A stretch of 63,593 bases of DNA, from IMG/VR virus record IMGVR_UViG_3300005581_002829, positions 1-63,593 of that record; one strand, 5' to 3'. The notes under the pieces were generated by a model. The model did no database searches, was not told where the DNA came from, and saw nothing but the letters and a program-made list of their open reading frames with translations. The DNA comes from a virus (lineage: Duplodnaviria > Caudoviricetes). Position 1 is the first letter of the stretch, and each line of letters starts with the position of its first letter. Position numbers and translations under genes: made by a program. Below, one piece after another: positions 20,115 through 29,697 of this stretch.

Positions 20115-20457
20115 TATTAATACCTTTATATAATTTTACTGAATCTTCAATCAATGATCTATTAGTTCTAATAGCATTATCAACCATTAGATTAATTGCT
20201 TGAACATATCTTGGTCTTTTTATTTTAAAACAAATATCGACCTTTCTTTTTAAATCCGCCATTTCTTCATCAGATTTTGCAGATTGAAATGCATCTTCTA
20301 ACATCCACATCCTAATATGAATGATTGCAAGTTTTTCAATTACCTCGCCCAAATTATCCGTTTCAACATAAGTTGAATCTGGTATTTCCACTTTGGATAA
20401 AACATCATTAACTGTTTTAGCAATGATGTTCTCTATACTTTCACCTAAAGATTTCAT
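20107..20457 (-). CDS. Hypothetical helical protein (DUF4254-like)
   Basis: LGEVIEKLAIIHIRMWMLED. Confidence 0.5.
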   Translation of the reverse strand: MKSLGESIENIIAKTVNDVLSKVEIPDSTYVETDNLGEVIEKLAIIHIRMWMLEDAFQSAKSDEEMADLKRKVDICFKIKRPRYVQAINLMVDNAIRTNRSLIEDSVKLYKGINNG

Positions 20458-21610
20458 TAATATCCTCCACTATTTTTTCTAAATATTTCATATCCTCTTC
20501 GGATACGAAATGGTTATTACCTATATACACACCTTGAGAATGCAATAATTCCGCATTTGTTGTTTTCTTATTTGTTTCTATTTTATAATCTTTAAGGAAA
20601 GGCTGCGATAATAGATTGCCGGCAACAACTGGTCTATATTCAATACCGCCATCTTTAAACACTGTTTTCATTGCAAGCATAACTTCTCTAGACTTGCAAA
20701 TAAAGGGTAAACAAAAACTACTATTCGTATGAACATTTTTAATATTATAAAACAGATTAGGATATTTGTCTATAATCTTAGTAAATAAGTAATGATTTCT
20801 ATTTCGTATTTCAATCATATTATCTAATCGTTTTAATTGAGATATTCCTAGTACAGCACAAATCTCATGATTTCTAAAATTGTAACCATCGGTTACAAAC
20901 AAGAATTGTTTATCTATTTCAGGATATAGTTGAGCATAATCATCATAACGAATAGACTCTCTAGCCATACCATGGCTACGCTTAATTTTCATCAAATCAT
21001 ATAAATCAGTGTTATTTGTAGAAATCATTCCGCCTTCTACTGTAGACATATGATGACCAAAATAAAAGCTGAAAGTTGCCCCTAAACTATCTGCGCCGCG
21101 CTTAACACCATCTAAATCTGTACAGCCATGCGATTCACATACATCATCTATAATCAAAGCCTTGGGAAATAGTCTTTTCAATCCCTCATTGTCTGCAGAA
21201 AACCCCAATAAGTGAGTTATAAAGATCATTTTAATATCATGTGTCTTTGATATTTTGTGAGCATCTTCTAGATCAAAACTAAAATTATCTAAATTGATAT
21301 CGCAGAATATAGGTTCAAGACCTAATTGCATAATAGGAGCAACATTAGTCATCCAAGTACAAGCAGGCAACAATACTTTATCGCCACGCTTCAATCCATA
21401 TAATTCCATAACCGCAGCAACCAATAAGAAATTTGCGGTGCTTCCGGATGACACATATAAAGAATGTTTAGCTCCTAGCCAAGTGCTCCATTCATTTTCA
21501 AATTGCTTTACTTTTTCACCAAAAGTAAATTTCTTTGCAGTTAATGCAAAGTGGGCCATTTTTAATCTATCAGTAAAGGTGATAGTCTCACCCATTAAAG
21601 GCCACTTCAT
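20441..21610 (-). CDS. colD: GDP-4-keto-6-deoxymannose 3-dehydratase (ColD-like)
   Basis: DegT fold, SSGSTANF, DVCESHG, SFYFGHHMSTVEGG (His for Lys), no Fe-S Cys motif; next to gmd/fcl. Confidence 0.75.
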   Translation of the reverse strand: MKWPLMGETITFTDRLKMAHFALTAKKFTFGEKVKQFENEWSTWLGAKHSLYVSSGSTANFLLVAAVMELYGLKRGDKVLLPACTWMTNVAPIMQLGLEPIFCDINLDNFSFDLEDAHKISKTHDIKMIFITHLLGFSADNEGLKRLFPKALIIDDVCESHGCTDLDGVKRGADSLGATFSFYFGHHMSTVEGGMISTNNTDLYDLMKIKRSHGMARESIRYDDYAQLYPEIDKQFLFVTDGYNFRNHEICAVLGISQLKRLDNMIEIRNRNHYLFTKIIDKYPNLFYNIKNVHTNSSFCLPFICKSREVMLAMKTVFKDGGIEYRPVVAGNLLSQPFLKDYKIETNKKTTNAELLHSQGVYIGNNHFVSEEDMKYLEKIVEDINEIFR

Positions 21611-22542
21611 AGAAAACCTCTATCTTGTTTATACCACTGTATAGTTCGTTTCAATCCTTCTTCAAAGGAAATTTTAGGCGACCAGCCCAATGTGGACAAT
21701 TTACTATTTTCCATTTTGCGTCTAGGAGTTCCATTTGGTAAGGAAGTATCCCATAAAATTTTACCTTTAAATCCTACTTCTTTTTTAATAATTTCAGATA
21801 AGTCTTTGATGGTTATCTCTACATTTGAACCAACATTAATAAATTCTGCTTTATCATATGTATTCATTAAAAATACACAAGCATCTGCAAGATCATCTAC
21901 ATACAAAAATTCTCGTGTGGGGGAACCGTCGCCCCAGCATGTAATAGATTTTTCTTGATTTTTCATTGCATTATAAAATTTAGTTATCATTCCTGGAATT
22001 ACGTGACCTTGTTCCGGAATAAAATTATCATGTGGACCATAAAGGTTCGCCGGCATTAAACTAATAGCATTAAAACCATATTGGCGTCTGTAATATTCGC
22101 ACATTCGCATACCGGTTATTTTTGCTAAAGCGTATCCTTCGTTTGAAGGTTCTAGAGGCGCTGTTAAAAGATATTCTTCTAAAATAGGTTGAGGAGTCAC
22201 TTTAGGATATATACAAGCTGAACCTAAAAATTGTAGTTTACGTGTCCCGTTTCTATATGCTGCATCTATTACATTAGTCTGAATTACTAAATTATCATAG
22301 ATAAAATCTCCAGGATGGGTTACATTATAATTAATACCCCCAACTTTTGCTGCAGCCAAAAATACATACTCGGGTAGTTCTGTACTAAAGAAGTTTTTAA
22401 CTGCTCTTTGATCTCGAAGATCTAATTCTTGACGCGAACGCAAAATTAGATTATCATATCCATCTTGTTTTAATTTTCTAACGATTGCCGACCCTACTAA
22501 ACCTTTATGTCCGGCTACAAATATTTTACTATTTTTTTCCAT
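21607..22542 (-). CDS. fcl: GDP-L-fucose synthase / GDP-colitose synthase (Fcl/ColC)
   Basis: AGHKGLVGSA, AAAKVGGI, GSACIYP, YALAK, WGDGSPTREF. Confidence 0.93.
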   Translation of the reverse strand: MEKNSKIFVAGHKGLVGSAIVRKLKQDGYDNLILRSRQELDLRDQRAVKNFFSTELPEYVFLAAAKVGGINYNVTHPGDFIYDNLVIQTNVIDAAYRNGTRKLQFLGSACIYPKVTPQPILEEYLLTAPLEPSNEGYALAKITGMRMCEYYRRQYGFNAISLMPANLYGPHDNFIPEQGHVIPGMITKFYNAMKNQEKSITCWGDGSPTREFLYVDDLADACVFLMNTYDKAEFINVGSNVEITIKDLSEIIKKEVGFKGKILWDTSLPNGTPRRKMENSKLSTLGWSPKISFEEGLKRTIQWYKQDRGFL

Positions 22543-22549
22543 ACTTACC

Positions 22550-23563
22550 TCAATTAAAATTAATGCACATATCTTCAACTAGATCATCAAAAGAGTATTC
22601 AGGAGCCCAACCTAGGACACTCCTTGCCTTTGAAGAATCTCCTAGCAAAGTTTCGACTTCTGCGGGGCGGAAATATTTAGGATCAACCCGAATAATAACT
22701 TTACCAGTATGTTCATTGATGCCTACTTCGTCTAAACCAGACCCCGTCCAAACAACTTTCATAGCAAAATAAGGAGCACAATGTTCTACAAATTCTTTTA
22801 CCGAATACTGCTCACCGGTTGCGATAACAAAATCTTCAGGCGTATCTTGTTGTAACATTAAGTACATTGCCCGAACATAATCTTTAGCATGACCCCAATC
22901 TCGTTTAGAATTTAAGTTGCCTAAATACAAACACTCTTGTCTTGCTGACCCAATTGCTTCGAGTCCATCTACAATCTTTTTAGTTACAAAATTAAATCCG
23001 CGTCGAGGAGATTCATGATTGAATAGAATACCAGAACAGGCAAACATATTATATGATTCTCGATAGTTCTTAACAATCCAGTAGCCATATAATTTAGCAA
23101 CACCATATGGGCTACGAGGATAAAACGGAGTCGTTTCTTTCTGAGGACTTTCTTGAACCAACCCATATAGTTCAGATGTAGATGCTTGATAAATTTTAGT
23201 TGTTTTTTCTAGCCCCAACAACCTAACAGATTCCAAAATCTTTAAAGTGCCCAATCCGTCAACCATTGCGGTATATTCAGGGGTTTCAAAAGAAACTTTA
23301 ACATGGCTTTGTGCTGCCAGGTTATAAATTTCCGTAGGATTATTTTTCTTTAAAACATTCATAATGGAAAGAGAATCTGTCACATCGCCATAGTGGAGAT
23401 GCAAATTTTTATTTCCATAGATATGATCTATACGAGATGTATTGATAGATGAGCTACGACGGATGATTCCGTGAACCTCATATCCTTTAGATAAAAGTAA
23501 TTCCGCAAGATAAGAACCGTCTTGCCCAGTTATGCCCGTAATAAGAGCAACATTGTTTGCCAT
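22550..23563 (-). CDS. gmd: GDP-mannose 4,6-dehydratase
   Basis: [48 protein letters not shown]. Confidence 0.97.
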   Translation of the reverse strand: MANNVALITGITGQDGSYLAELLLSKGYEVHGIIRRSSSINTSRIDHIYGNKNLHLHYGDVTDSLSIMNVLKKNNPTEIYNLAAQSHVKVSFETPEYTAMVDGLGTLKILESVRLLGLEKTTKIYQASTSELYGLVQESPQKETTPFYPRSPYGVAKLYGYWIVKNYRESYNMFACSGILFNHESPRRGFNFVTKKIVDGLEAIGSARQECLYLGNLNSKRDWGHAKDYVRAMYLMLQQDTPEDFVIATGEQYSVKEFVEHCAPYFAMKVVWTGSGLDEVGINEHTGKVIIRVDPKYFRPAEVETLLGDSSKARSVLGWAPEYSFDDLVEDMCINFN

Positions 23564-23601
23564 GCTATAGTCTCCTAAAAATAATATAATTTTCTCTAAT
23601 A

Positions 23602-23609
23602 TATTTATA
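23602..23609 (-). promoter_or_regulatory. T4-type late promoter heading the sugar island
   Basis: TATAAATA ~40 nt upstream of gmd, just downstream of a terminator hairpin. Confidence 0.7.
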
Positions 23610-23626
23610 TTGCCAAAGAAAGGTGT

Positions 23627-23649
23627 AGGGCACCGAAGTGCCCTTTTTT
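23627..23649. terminator. Intrinsic terminator hairpin (possibly bidirectional)
   Basis: AGGGCAC-TTCG-GTGCCCT on minus (C-UUCG-G loop); T-run follows on plus. Confidence 0.7.
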
Positions 23650-23661
23650 AAAAATTAAAAA

Positions 23662-24840
23662 TTAGAATGGAATTTCATCCACATTAACACTGTACTTTTT
23701 TTCCGGTTCTGCTGGTTGTATCAAGTCATTCGGTGAGTACATCTTGCTATACAAATCCATAAATGCCATCTTTGTATCGTCATCAAAGCGATTAATACAA
23801 TATTGAATTGAGTCAACCTGATCATTGAAGATAGAATACGCTTGAACAATATTAACCAATCGGCGAGTACTAATAATCTCGTCTACGCCACCTTCTTGAA
23901 AAGTCTTACGAATAATGTCTGCCCAAGCAACAAGCTTATCAGCAAAATCCTCATCCATTTTATTGTAATATTTCATTTTGTTGATTATAATCTTTTTCTC
24001 AATTGTAGTTGAAGGATATTCCTGTTCAACAGTAATTGGAAAACGCTCAAGGAATGCCTCATCAAGAATTTGTGCTGCAATAAATCGACCATCCTCAGTA
24101 CCTCGACCTTTAGTGTTTGCTGTAGCAACAACAGTAAACCCCTCAGCCGGTCGAATAACTTCACCTGTCTTTTTATTGAAGTAAGCTTTACCTTCTAACA
24201 CACTCTGCAAGCACATCAATTTATTGGAACCTCGATCGATTTCGTCAATCAAAAGAATAGCACCTCGACGCATTGCTGTAAGTACAGGACCTTCACGGTA
24301 AATAATGTTACCATCTTGCAATGTATTACCACCAATCAAATCTTCTTCGTCAGTCTCAACACTAACATTAACACGAATACAATCTCGCTTTAATTTAGCT
24401 GCAACCTGTTCCACCATCGTTGTCTTACCATTACCAGAAAGACCGGTAATAAAAACAGGATAGAATATTTTAGATTTTAGAATTTGTTCCAGTTGCTTGA
24501 AAAATCCAAACGGCACATAAGTATGATCCTTATCAGGAACAACACTATCAATTTCTACAGCTACTCGCTTTTGCCGAAAGGGCATAACTTGTGCGGCCAT
24601 TGCCGGCGATGTTTCTTCAGTACTCATTTCTTTAGTTACTTTCTGGTCATAAATTTGATCTAGCATATACTCTTTACCAACCTTAATATCTCGACGTGAG
24701 ACTAAGAAATGAGGGTTAGGCAATCCGTTTTGAGTACAATAGGAAACAATTGTTTCTTTAGTTACTTGACTACCATACTTTGTAATCAATTTAGTAACCA
24801 ATTCTTTACGCTGCTGTTCGGTAAAGTGTGTTTTCGACAT
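23662..24840 (-). CDS. CobS/MoxR-like AAA+ ATPase
   Basis: GLSGNGKT, LLIDEID, ATANTKGRG, AFLERF, ISTRRL. Confidence 0.9.
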   Translation of the reverse strand: MSKTHFTEQQRKELVTKLITKYGSQVTKETIVSYCTQNGLPNPHFLVSRRDIKVGKEYMLDQIYDQKVTKEMSTEETSPAMAAQVMPFRQKRVAVEIDSVVPDKDHTYVPFGFFKQLEQILKSKIFYPVFITGLSGNGKTTMVEQVAAKLKRDCIRVNVSVETDEEDLIGGNTLQDGNIIYREGPVLTAMRRGAILLIDEIDRGSNKLMCLQSVLEGKAYFNKKTGEVIRPAEGFTVVATANTKGRGTEDGRFIAAQILDEAFLERFPITVEQEYPSTTIEKKIIINKMKYYNKMDEDFADKLVAWADIIRKTFQEGGVDEIISTRRLVNIVQAYSIFNDQVDSIQYCINRFDDDTKMAFMDLYSKMYSPNDLIQPAEPEKKYSVNVDEIPF

Positions 24841-24875
24841 GATATAAATCTCCAATTAAAGTCAATTCACAATTA

Positions 24876-24904
24876 ATTATAACACCTTTTCATTTGCTTG
24901 TCAA
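24876..24904 (-). promoter_or_regulatory. Sigma70-type early promoter
   Basis: TTGACA-17 nt-TATAAT with extended -10 (AAGGTGT-TATAAT). Confidence 0.8.
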
Positions 24905-27030
24905 GCAATCTTTTCAATAAATCTGTTCAAAAGAATCCGGTTAATGTTCTTTCCTTTTTGCATTTTTAGGAAGGCCTTTTTCAAATCTTTTATTTCCACA
25001 TTAATTTTGACGTCCAATTCTTCATCTTGAACTCCGAGATCCTCACCTCCAGGAATAAAATAGTAATCATCATATCCTGCATTGTTCAACATAAAAAACT
25101 TTTTAGTTTTAAATATTTTATATTTTTCCTCAAAATTTTCTATTGTAGTATTGGTTTTCATCATACGATGTTGTATTACTCGTTTTGGATTACCTCTACC
25201 CATAATATAAAAACCAATAACATTAACACCCGTTACTGCCTTTAACAGATTCAAAAATCCTACAGTCATTTCTGTACCTGCGGGAGCTGTAGCTTCTGCC
25301 ATATTTTTTACATCTCGAATAATGACATTGTTTTCATCCCAGCGATTTCTAAAAGCGGTCACCCGATTACCTTCATATTTTTGTGTAACATCATTGCCTT
25401 CACCATCCGTAAGAAATACTGTGTTAACGATATCCAATCGATATTGCTTTTTAAATTGGTTTACAATTTCCATAGATGTAACAACTGTCTCGTTCAATGG
25501 CGTTCCATTCAATCCTTCAAAATCAGAATTCCAGATATAAGGGTCCATATTTAATTTATTTTTAAAACCATACGTTCTTTTAGAGTACGTATGCCCAACC
25601 AATAACCAATATTGAACAGCATCTTTGAAATCTATACTAGACATTTCACTAGAAAGATATTCTCGCAAATGAAACCCGTATTCATCAAATTTAATTTCAT
25701 TTTCATTTCTAGAAAATTTAGGTTTAGGTTTATCCTGATACATAAATAACCCTGATTGGTTATCAGAGAATGCATATACTCGAAAAGGAATATTTACTTT
25801 TCTACAGAACATTGCTAGAACTAATGTCTGTTCAATTGTTCCAAGAATGTTGTCCGCCATTGAACCAGAATAGTCAATGAACATAACTAGTCCATGTGAT
25901 TTACCTTTAGGAACAACTGTCATTCGTTTGAACAAGTCATCATTAGTTTTATAGTTATGAATTTTTTTCATATCCAATTGACCAGTTTTAGATATACTTG
26001 CTCTGGCGAATTGTCTTGCATTGCGACGAAGTTCAAATTCTTTAATCAAATAAGAAATATACTTTTTATTGGTTTCAAGAAAATGCTTGTATACAATTTC
26101 CTTACTTCTATCAACGCCCGATTGAAATTCTTCTGCAGGAATTTCCAATTTATTGATAAAATTATTATGCTGGTCTTTGAGCATAGTATAAGGAATAATG
26201 ATATTATCCAACTTAGGTGTGGGTGCATTCACATATACATAAGGTTTGAATGTAGGATCAATTAGATCTTTTTCTCGTTGTCTAAAATGCGAATCTGTTT
26301 TAGACTCTGGATCTAGATCATTAAAAGAACCTGCACCTTTGATCTGACGTTGTCCTTCCGCAAATTCTCGCTCTTCATCCGAGTCTTCATAGTCATCGTC
26401 ATCATCGTAGTTAGCATCTTCATCTATAGAAAGCTCATTATAAAACTGCTTTTCGAGTTGTTTACGAACCTCGCCCTTGCCATTCTCGTATAGCATTTTG
26501 GCGATCTCTACAACATCATCCCAAGATTTAATTTTTTCAATGAGATCAATGTACACCATTTCTTGTTTTGAAAATTGTACATTAAGATATGAACCAATCT
26601 TGTAGTGTAGATTGATTCTGTCAATCAATGGAAGTTCATCAATTTCATCATCGCGTTCGTTGACGCCGAAGAAATCTTTTTCCATTAAATCTGAGTAGCC
26701 TTTACGAAAGCTAGACTTTAGGCCGGGGAATTTTTCTTGGATTTTTTTCTCAATGCGAACATCTTCGATAACATTAAGATATGTCTTGAAACCTTTTTTG
26801 GTTTTGTCTTTAAGGTTATCATGCCAACCTTCATTAGGTGTATAGAGGGCGTGACCCGTTTCATGACCAAGTAAGAGGTCATACAATTCTGAAGACATAT
26901 TACCCCACATAGGGAGTACCATGACCCGATTTAACGTATCAAAGTAAGCAGTACTTGTTTTACGATGCTCTACAGTAATGTTTTCTGAAGCAAGAAGTTT
27001 TGCTAGTAGAGACTTTGAATTGACTAACAT
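24901..27030 (-). CDS. CobT-like peptidase/vWA domain protein
   Basis: N-terminal HETGH metallopeptidase motif, acidic linker, MIDAS DYSGS, GTPL, FLTDG. Confidence 0.85.
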   Translation of the reverse strand: MLVNSKSLLAKLLASENITVEHRKTSTAYFDTLNRVMVLPMWGNMSSELYDLLLGHETGHALYTPNEGWHDNLKDKTKKGFKTYLNVIEDVRIEKKIQEKFPGLKSSFRKGYSDLMEKDFFGVNERDDEIDELPLIDRINLHYKIGSYLNVQFSKQEMVYIDLIEKIKSWDDVVEIAKMLYENGKGEVRKQLEKQFYNELSIDEDANYDDDDDYEDSDEEREFAEGQRQIKGAGSFNDLDPESKTDSHFRQREKDLIDPTFKPYVYVNAPTPKLDNIIIPYTMLKDQHNNFINKLEIPAEEFQSGVDRSKEIVYKHFLETNKKYISYLIKEFELRRNARQFARASISKTGQLDMKKIHNYKTNDDLFKRMTVVPKGKSHGLVMFIDYSGSMADNILGTIEQTLVLAMFCRKVNIPFRVYAFSDNQSGLFMYQDKPKPKFSRNENEIKFDEYGFHLREYLSSEMSSIDFKDAVQYWLLVGHTYSKRTYGFKNKLNMDPYIWNSDFEGLNGTPLNETVVTSMEIVNQFKKQYRLDIVNTVFLTDGEGNDVTQKYEGNRVTAFRNRWDENNVIIRDVKNMAEATAPAGTEMTVGFLNLLKAVTGVNVIGFYIMGRGNPKRVIQHRMMKTNTTIENFEEKYKIFKTKKFFMLNNAGYDDYYFIPGGEDLGVQDEELDVKINVEIKDLKKAFLKMQKGKNINRILLNRFIEKIA

Positions 27031-27056
27031 CTGATTCTCCTGTTGGCTGTTTCATT

Positions 27057-27085
27057 ATTATAACACCTTCAGTATCAGAAGTCAA
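27057..27085 (-). promoter_or_regulatory. Sigma70-type early promoter
   Basis: TTGACT-17 nt-TATAAT, sharing GCTTGAC and AAGGTGTTATAAT with the 24876 promoter. Confidence 0.8.
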
Positions 27086-27101
27086 GCAAAAGTTTGCCAA
27101 A

Positions 27102-27377
27102 TTATGATCTAGTTATAGCCAAAATCTTATCAATCTGCTTCTCTATTAGGGGGACTCTATTGGGCCAATGGATGTAATCTTTATCTGGATTCTTCATCAA
27201 ATTAACCAAAAGGGGAAGAATCATTTTTTCAACAGTTGCTAATTTTTGTTTCGTATCCGCATCGGCGGTTGTTTTGACTTCTGTAATGAGTGGATCGACC
27301 ACATCATTTTCATCGACTGCGGTAAATCCAAAATCATTACTTAAGTCAAGATATTCTATTGGTATCTTTGATGTCAT
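27102..27377 (-). CDS. Conserved T4-like hypothetical protein
   Basis: DFGFTAVDE...PLLVNLMKNPDKDYIHWPNR. Confidence 0.75.
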   Translation of the reverse strand: MTSKIPIEYLDLSNDFGFTAVDENDVVDPLITEVKTTADADTKQKLATVEKMILPLLVNLMKNPDKDYIHWPNRVPLIEKQIDKILAITRS

Positions 27378-27379
27378 TT

Positions 27380-27973
27380 TTATTTCCAGCGTGGTCCTAA
27401 AATCCAACCTACTAATGCTTTACGAGTACCTTTAGTTATAGCTGTAACATCGTGTAAAGTATAGGATGGAAAGAATGTGATTGTTCCCTTTTCTTTTGGA
27501 ATAGTAAAGGGGTCTTTTGCAGTAATTAATCTAGTATCGCCGCCTTCATATTCACTTGGATCAGTTAATTGCATAGTAAAACTTAGTTTACGAGGATATT
27601 GACCTGCCCCTTGAAAATGATGATCAACGTGAGCATCATAAAACCCCGATTTATTATAAACAGAATATTGTAATGCTTCAATTGTAGTTAGATCAAAATT
27701 AAACCATTGATTATTTGCTGCTTGAACAACGTCTGTTAATTTTCTAAAAAGCCATGCATTTTCTGTAGTACCACTAAACCAAGAAATCTTTGTTCTACGT
27801 ATAGTCTCATCTATAACACCTCCTTTTTGACTACTACCACCTACATATGCATCACCAATTTCTAATTTATCCCCTGCTTCAATGATACTATCAATCATAT
27901 CATTATCAAATACATTTTGATAAAAACAATATGCATTAATCTGATGTGTTTGTAATTCCCATTTATTAGACAT
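27380..27973 (-). CDS. 2OG-Fe(II) oxygenase
   Basis: HVD...RKLS, YEGG, FPSYTLHDV, GTRKALVGW. Confidence 0.92.
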   Translation of the reverse strand: MSNKWELQTHQINAYCFYQNVFDNDMIDSIIEAGDKLEIGDAYVGGSSQKGGVIDETIRRTKISWFSGTTENAWLFRKLTDVVQAANNQWFNFDLTTIEALQYSVYNKSGFYDAHVDHHFQGAGQYPRKLSFTMQLTDPSEYEGGDTRLITAKDPFTIPKEKGTITFFPSYTLHDVTAITKGTRKALVGWILGPRWK

Positions 27974-27981
27974 AATAATCC

Positions 27982-29697
27982 TTAAGTTGCAATTCTCGAA
28001 AAATTCTGATTCTTTTCAAATTTAATAACACTTCTAAATTTATCAAATAAAAGATCTCCTTTATGACTAATAACAAATACATTAGTCTCTTCTCCTAGAG
28101 TATTTATTAGATTCATTACATAGTCTGTTCCGTTAATATCCAAAGAAGAATCAAATATTTCATCAAGTAACAAAAGGTTTGTGCTAGCACAATTTTTCAT
28201 CTTAGCAATAGTTCTCCAAGTGAAAAGTAAAGCTAAATCTATCCTCTGCTTTTCACCTTCGCTAAAAGATGCGTATGAAAATTCATCACGGTTTCTTGAC
28301 TTTATCTTTTCATTAAAAGTTTCATCAAGTTCAAAGTGACAAAAGAAATCCATTGCTTGTAAATACTTGTTAACTAATTTATTAATGACCGGAAGATACT
28401 GTCGAATAATTTTAGTTTTAATACCTGTATCTTTTAATAGTACAGACGCGATATCGAGGTAGTGTTTTTCCTCAGTAACTTGGCTTTTTGCCTCGGCGTG
28501 TTGTACAACGTCTTTTGCCAGATCTTTAAGTATTGCCTTTTCTGCGAGCAAATTGGTTTCCGTAACAGTGCTGCCTGAAAGGTCTCCTTGTAACTTATTG
28601 ATGTAGTTTTGGCTTGCAATAATTGATGCACTGAGTTCGATGATATTGCTCTTATGTTCAGATATTTTCTCTTCGATAACAGCAATTTCATCAAGTCTAG
28701 TTTCGATATCTTTGTGTTGAACGGTAAGGGTTTGAATTGCTGTCTGTATTTCTTCGAGTTTGTGTGTATGAAGTGAGATAGCGGAGTGTTTGTGATCGCT
28801 TTGAAGACCCTGGCTACATGTCGGGCATACGTCGTGTTCGACGTAAAATTGTTTGCTATTTTCATGCGACGTAATTCGTTCGGAAAGTTTTCTAATAAGA
28901 TTTCCCATTTCCGTACGCTTGTTACGTTTCTCAACGGAGTCTGACATCGAGGATTTAAGATTAGCTTCTGATTCCTTTTCTGTAAAGATTCTGGCATTAA
29001 ACTGTGATATCTCATCAGTCGTTTCAAGTATTCGTTTTTGCACATCTTCGACTTTCTTTTGCTTATCATTCTCAAGATTTGCTATATACTGTTGTTGCAG
29101 TTTAACTTTGTTTTTGCCCAGTTCAATAGTAGAATCTAACTCTGTTATTTTAGTTTTTATTTCTGCTTGTTTATCTTTTAACACAGAATTCATAACTGTG
29201 AAAATTTGGATATCTAGAATATCCTCAATAATTTCTCGTCTATGAGATACAGGCAATTGCATGAAGGGAGTAAAAGATGCACTACCTAAAATAACAATTT
29301 GAGTGAATGATTTATAATTTAGTTTTAGAATACCGTCTTCAAGATATTTTTGGTAATCTCTTGCGGCGGCATCTTGATTAAGTAGTACATCATCTACATA
29401 GATTTCAAATATAGTAGGTTTTATTCCTCGTACAATTCTATAATCTTTTTTACCGATACTAAACTCTAAATGCACTTCTAAATTTTTACCGTTGATACTA
29501 TTCATCAACTGAGGTTTGTTTATGCTTCTAAATGGCTTATTGAATAATACAAAACATATAGCATCTAGAATAGTACTTTTACCCGCACCGTTTTCTCCTA
29601 CGATTAAAGTAGTAGATATTTTATTTAGTTTTACTTCAGTAAACTGAGCACCGGTAGATAAAAAGTTTTTCCATTTGATGTTTGTAAATTTTATCAT
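27982..29697 (-). CDS. gp46: Recombination exonuclease ATPase subunit gp46 (Rad50/SbcC-like)
   Basis: GENGAGKS, CPTC zinc hook, FSEGEK, LLDE, ISH. Confidence 0.97.
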   Translation of the reverse strand: MIKFTNIKWKNFLSTGAQFTEVKLNKISTTLIVGENGAGKSTILDAICFVLFNKPFRSINKPQLMNSINGKNLEVHLEFSIGKKDYRIVRGIKPTIFEIYVDDVLLNQDAAARDYQKYLEDGILKLNYKSFTQIVILGSASFTPFMQLPVSHRREIIEDILDIQIFTVMNSVLKDKQAEIKTKITELDSTIELGKNKVKLQQQYIANLENDKQKKVEDVQKRILETTDEISQFNARIFTEKESEANLKSSMSDSVEKRNKRTEMGNLIRKLSERITSHENSKQFYVEHDVCPTCSQGLQSDHKHSAISLHTHKLEEIQTAIQTLTVQHKDIETRLDEIAVIEEKISEHKSNIIELSASIIASQNYINKLQGDLSGSTVTETNLLAEKAILKDLAKDVVQHAEAKSQVTEEKHYLDIASVLLKDTGIKTKIIRQYLPVINKLVNKYLQAMDFFCHFELDETFNEKIKSRNRDEFSYASFSEGEKQRIDLALLFTWRTIAKMKNCASTNLLLLDEIFDSSLDINGTDYVMNLINTLGEETNVFVISHKGDLLFDKFRSVIKFEKNQNFSRIAT

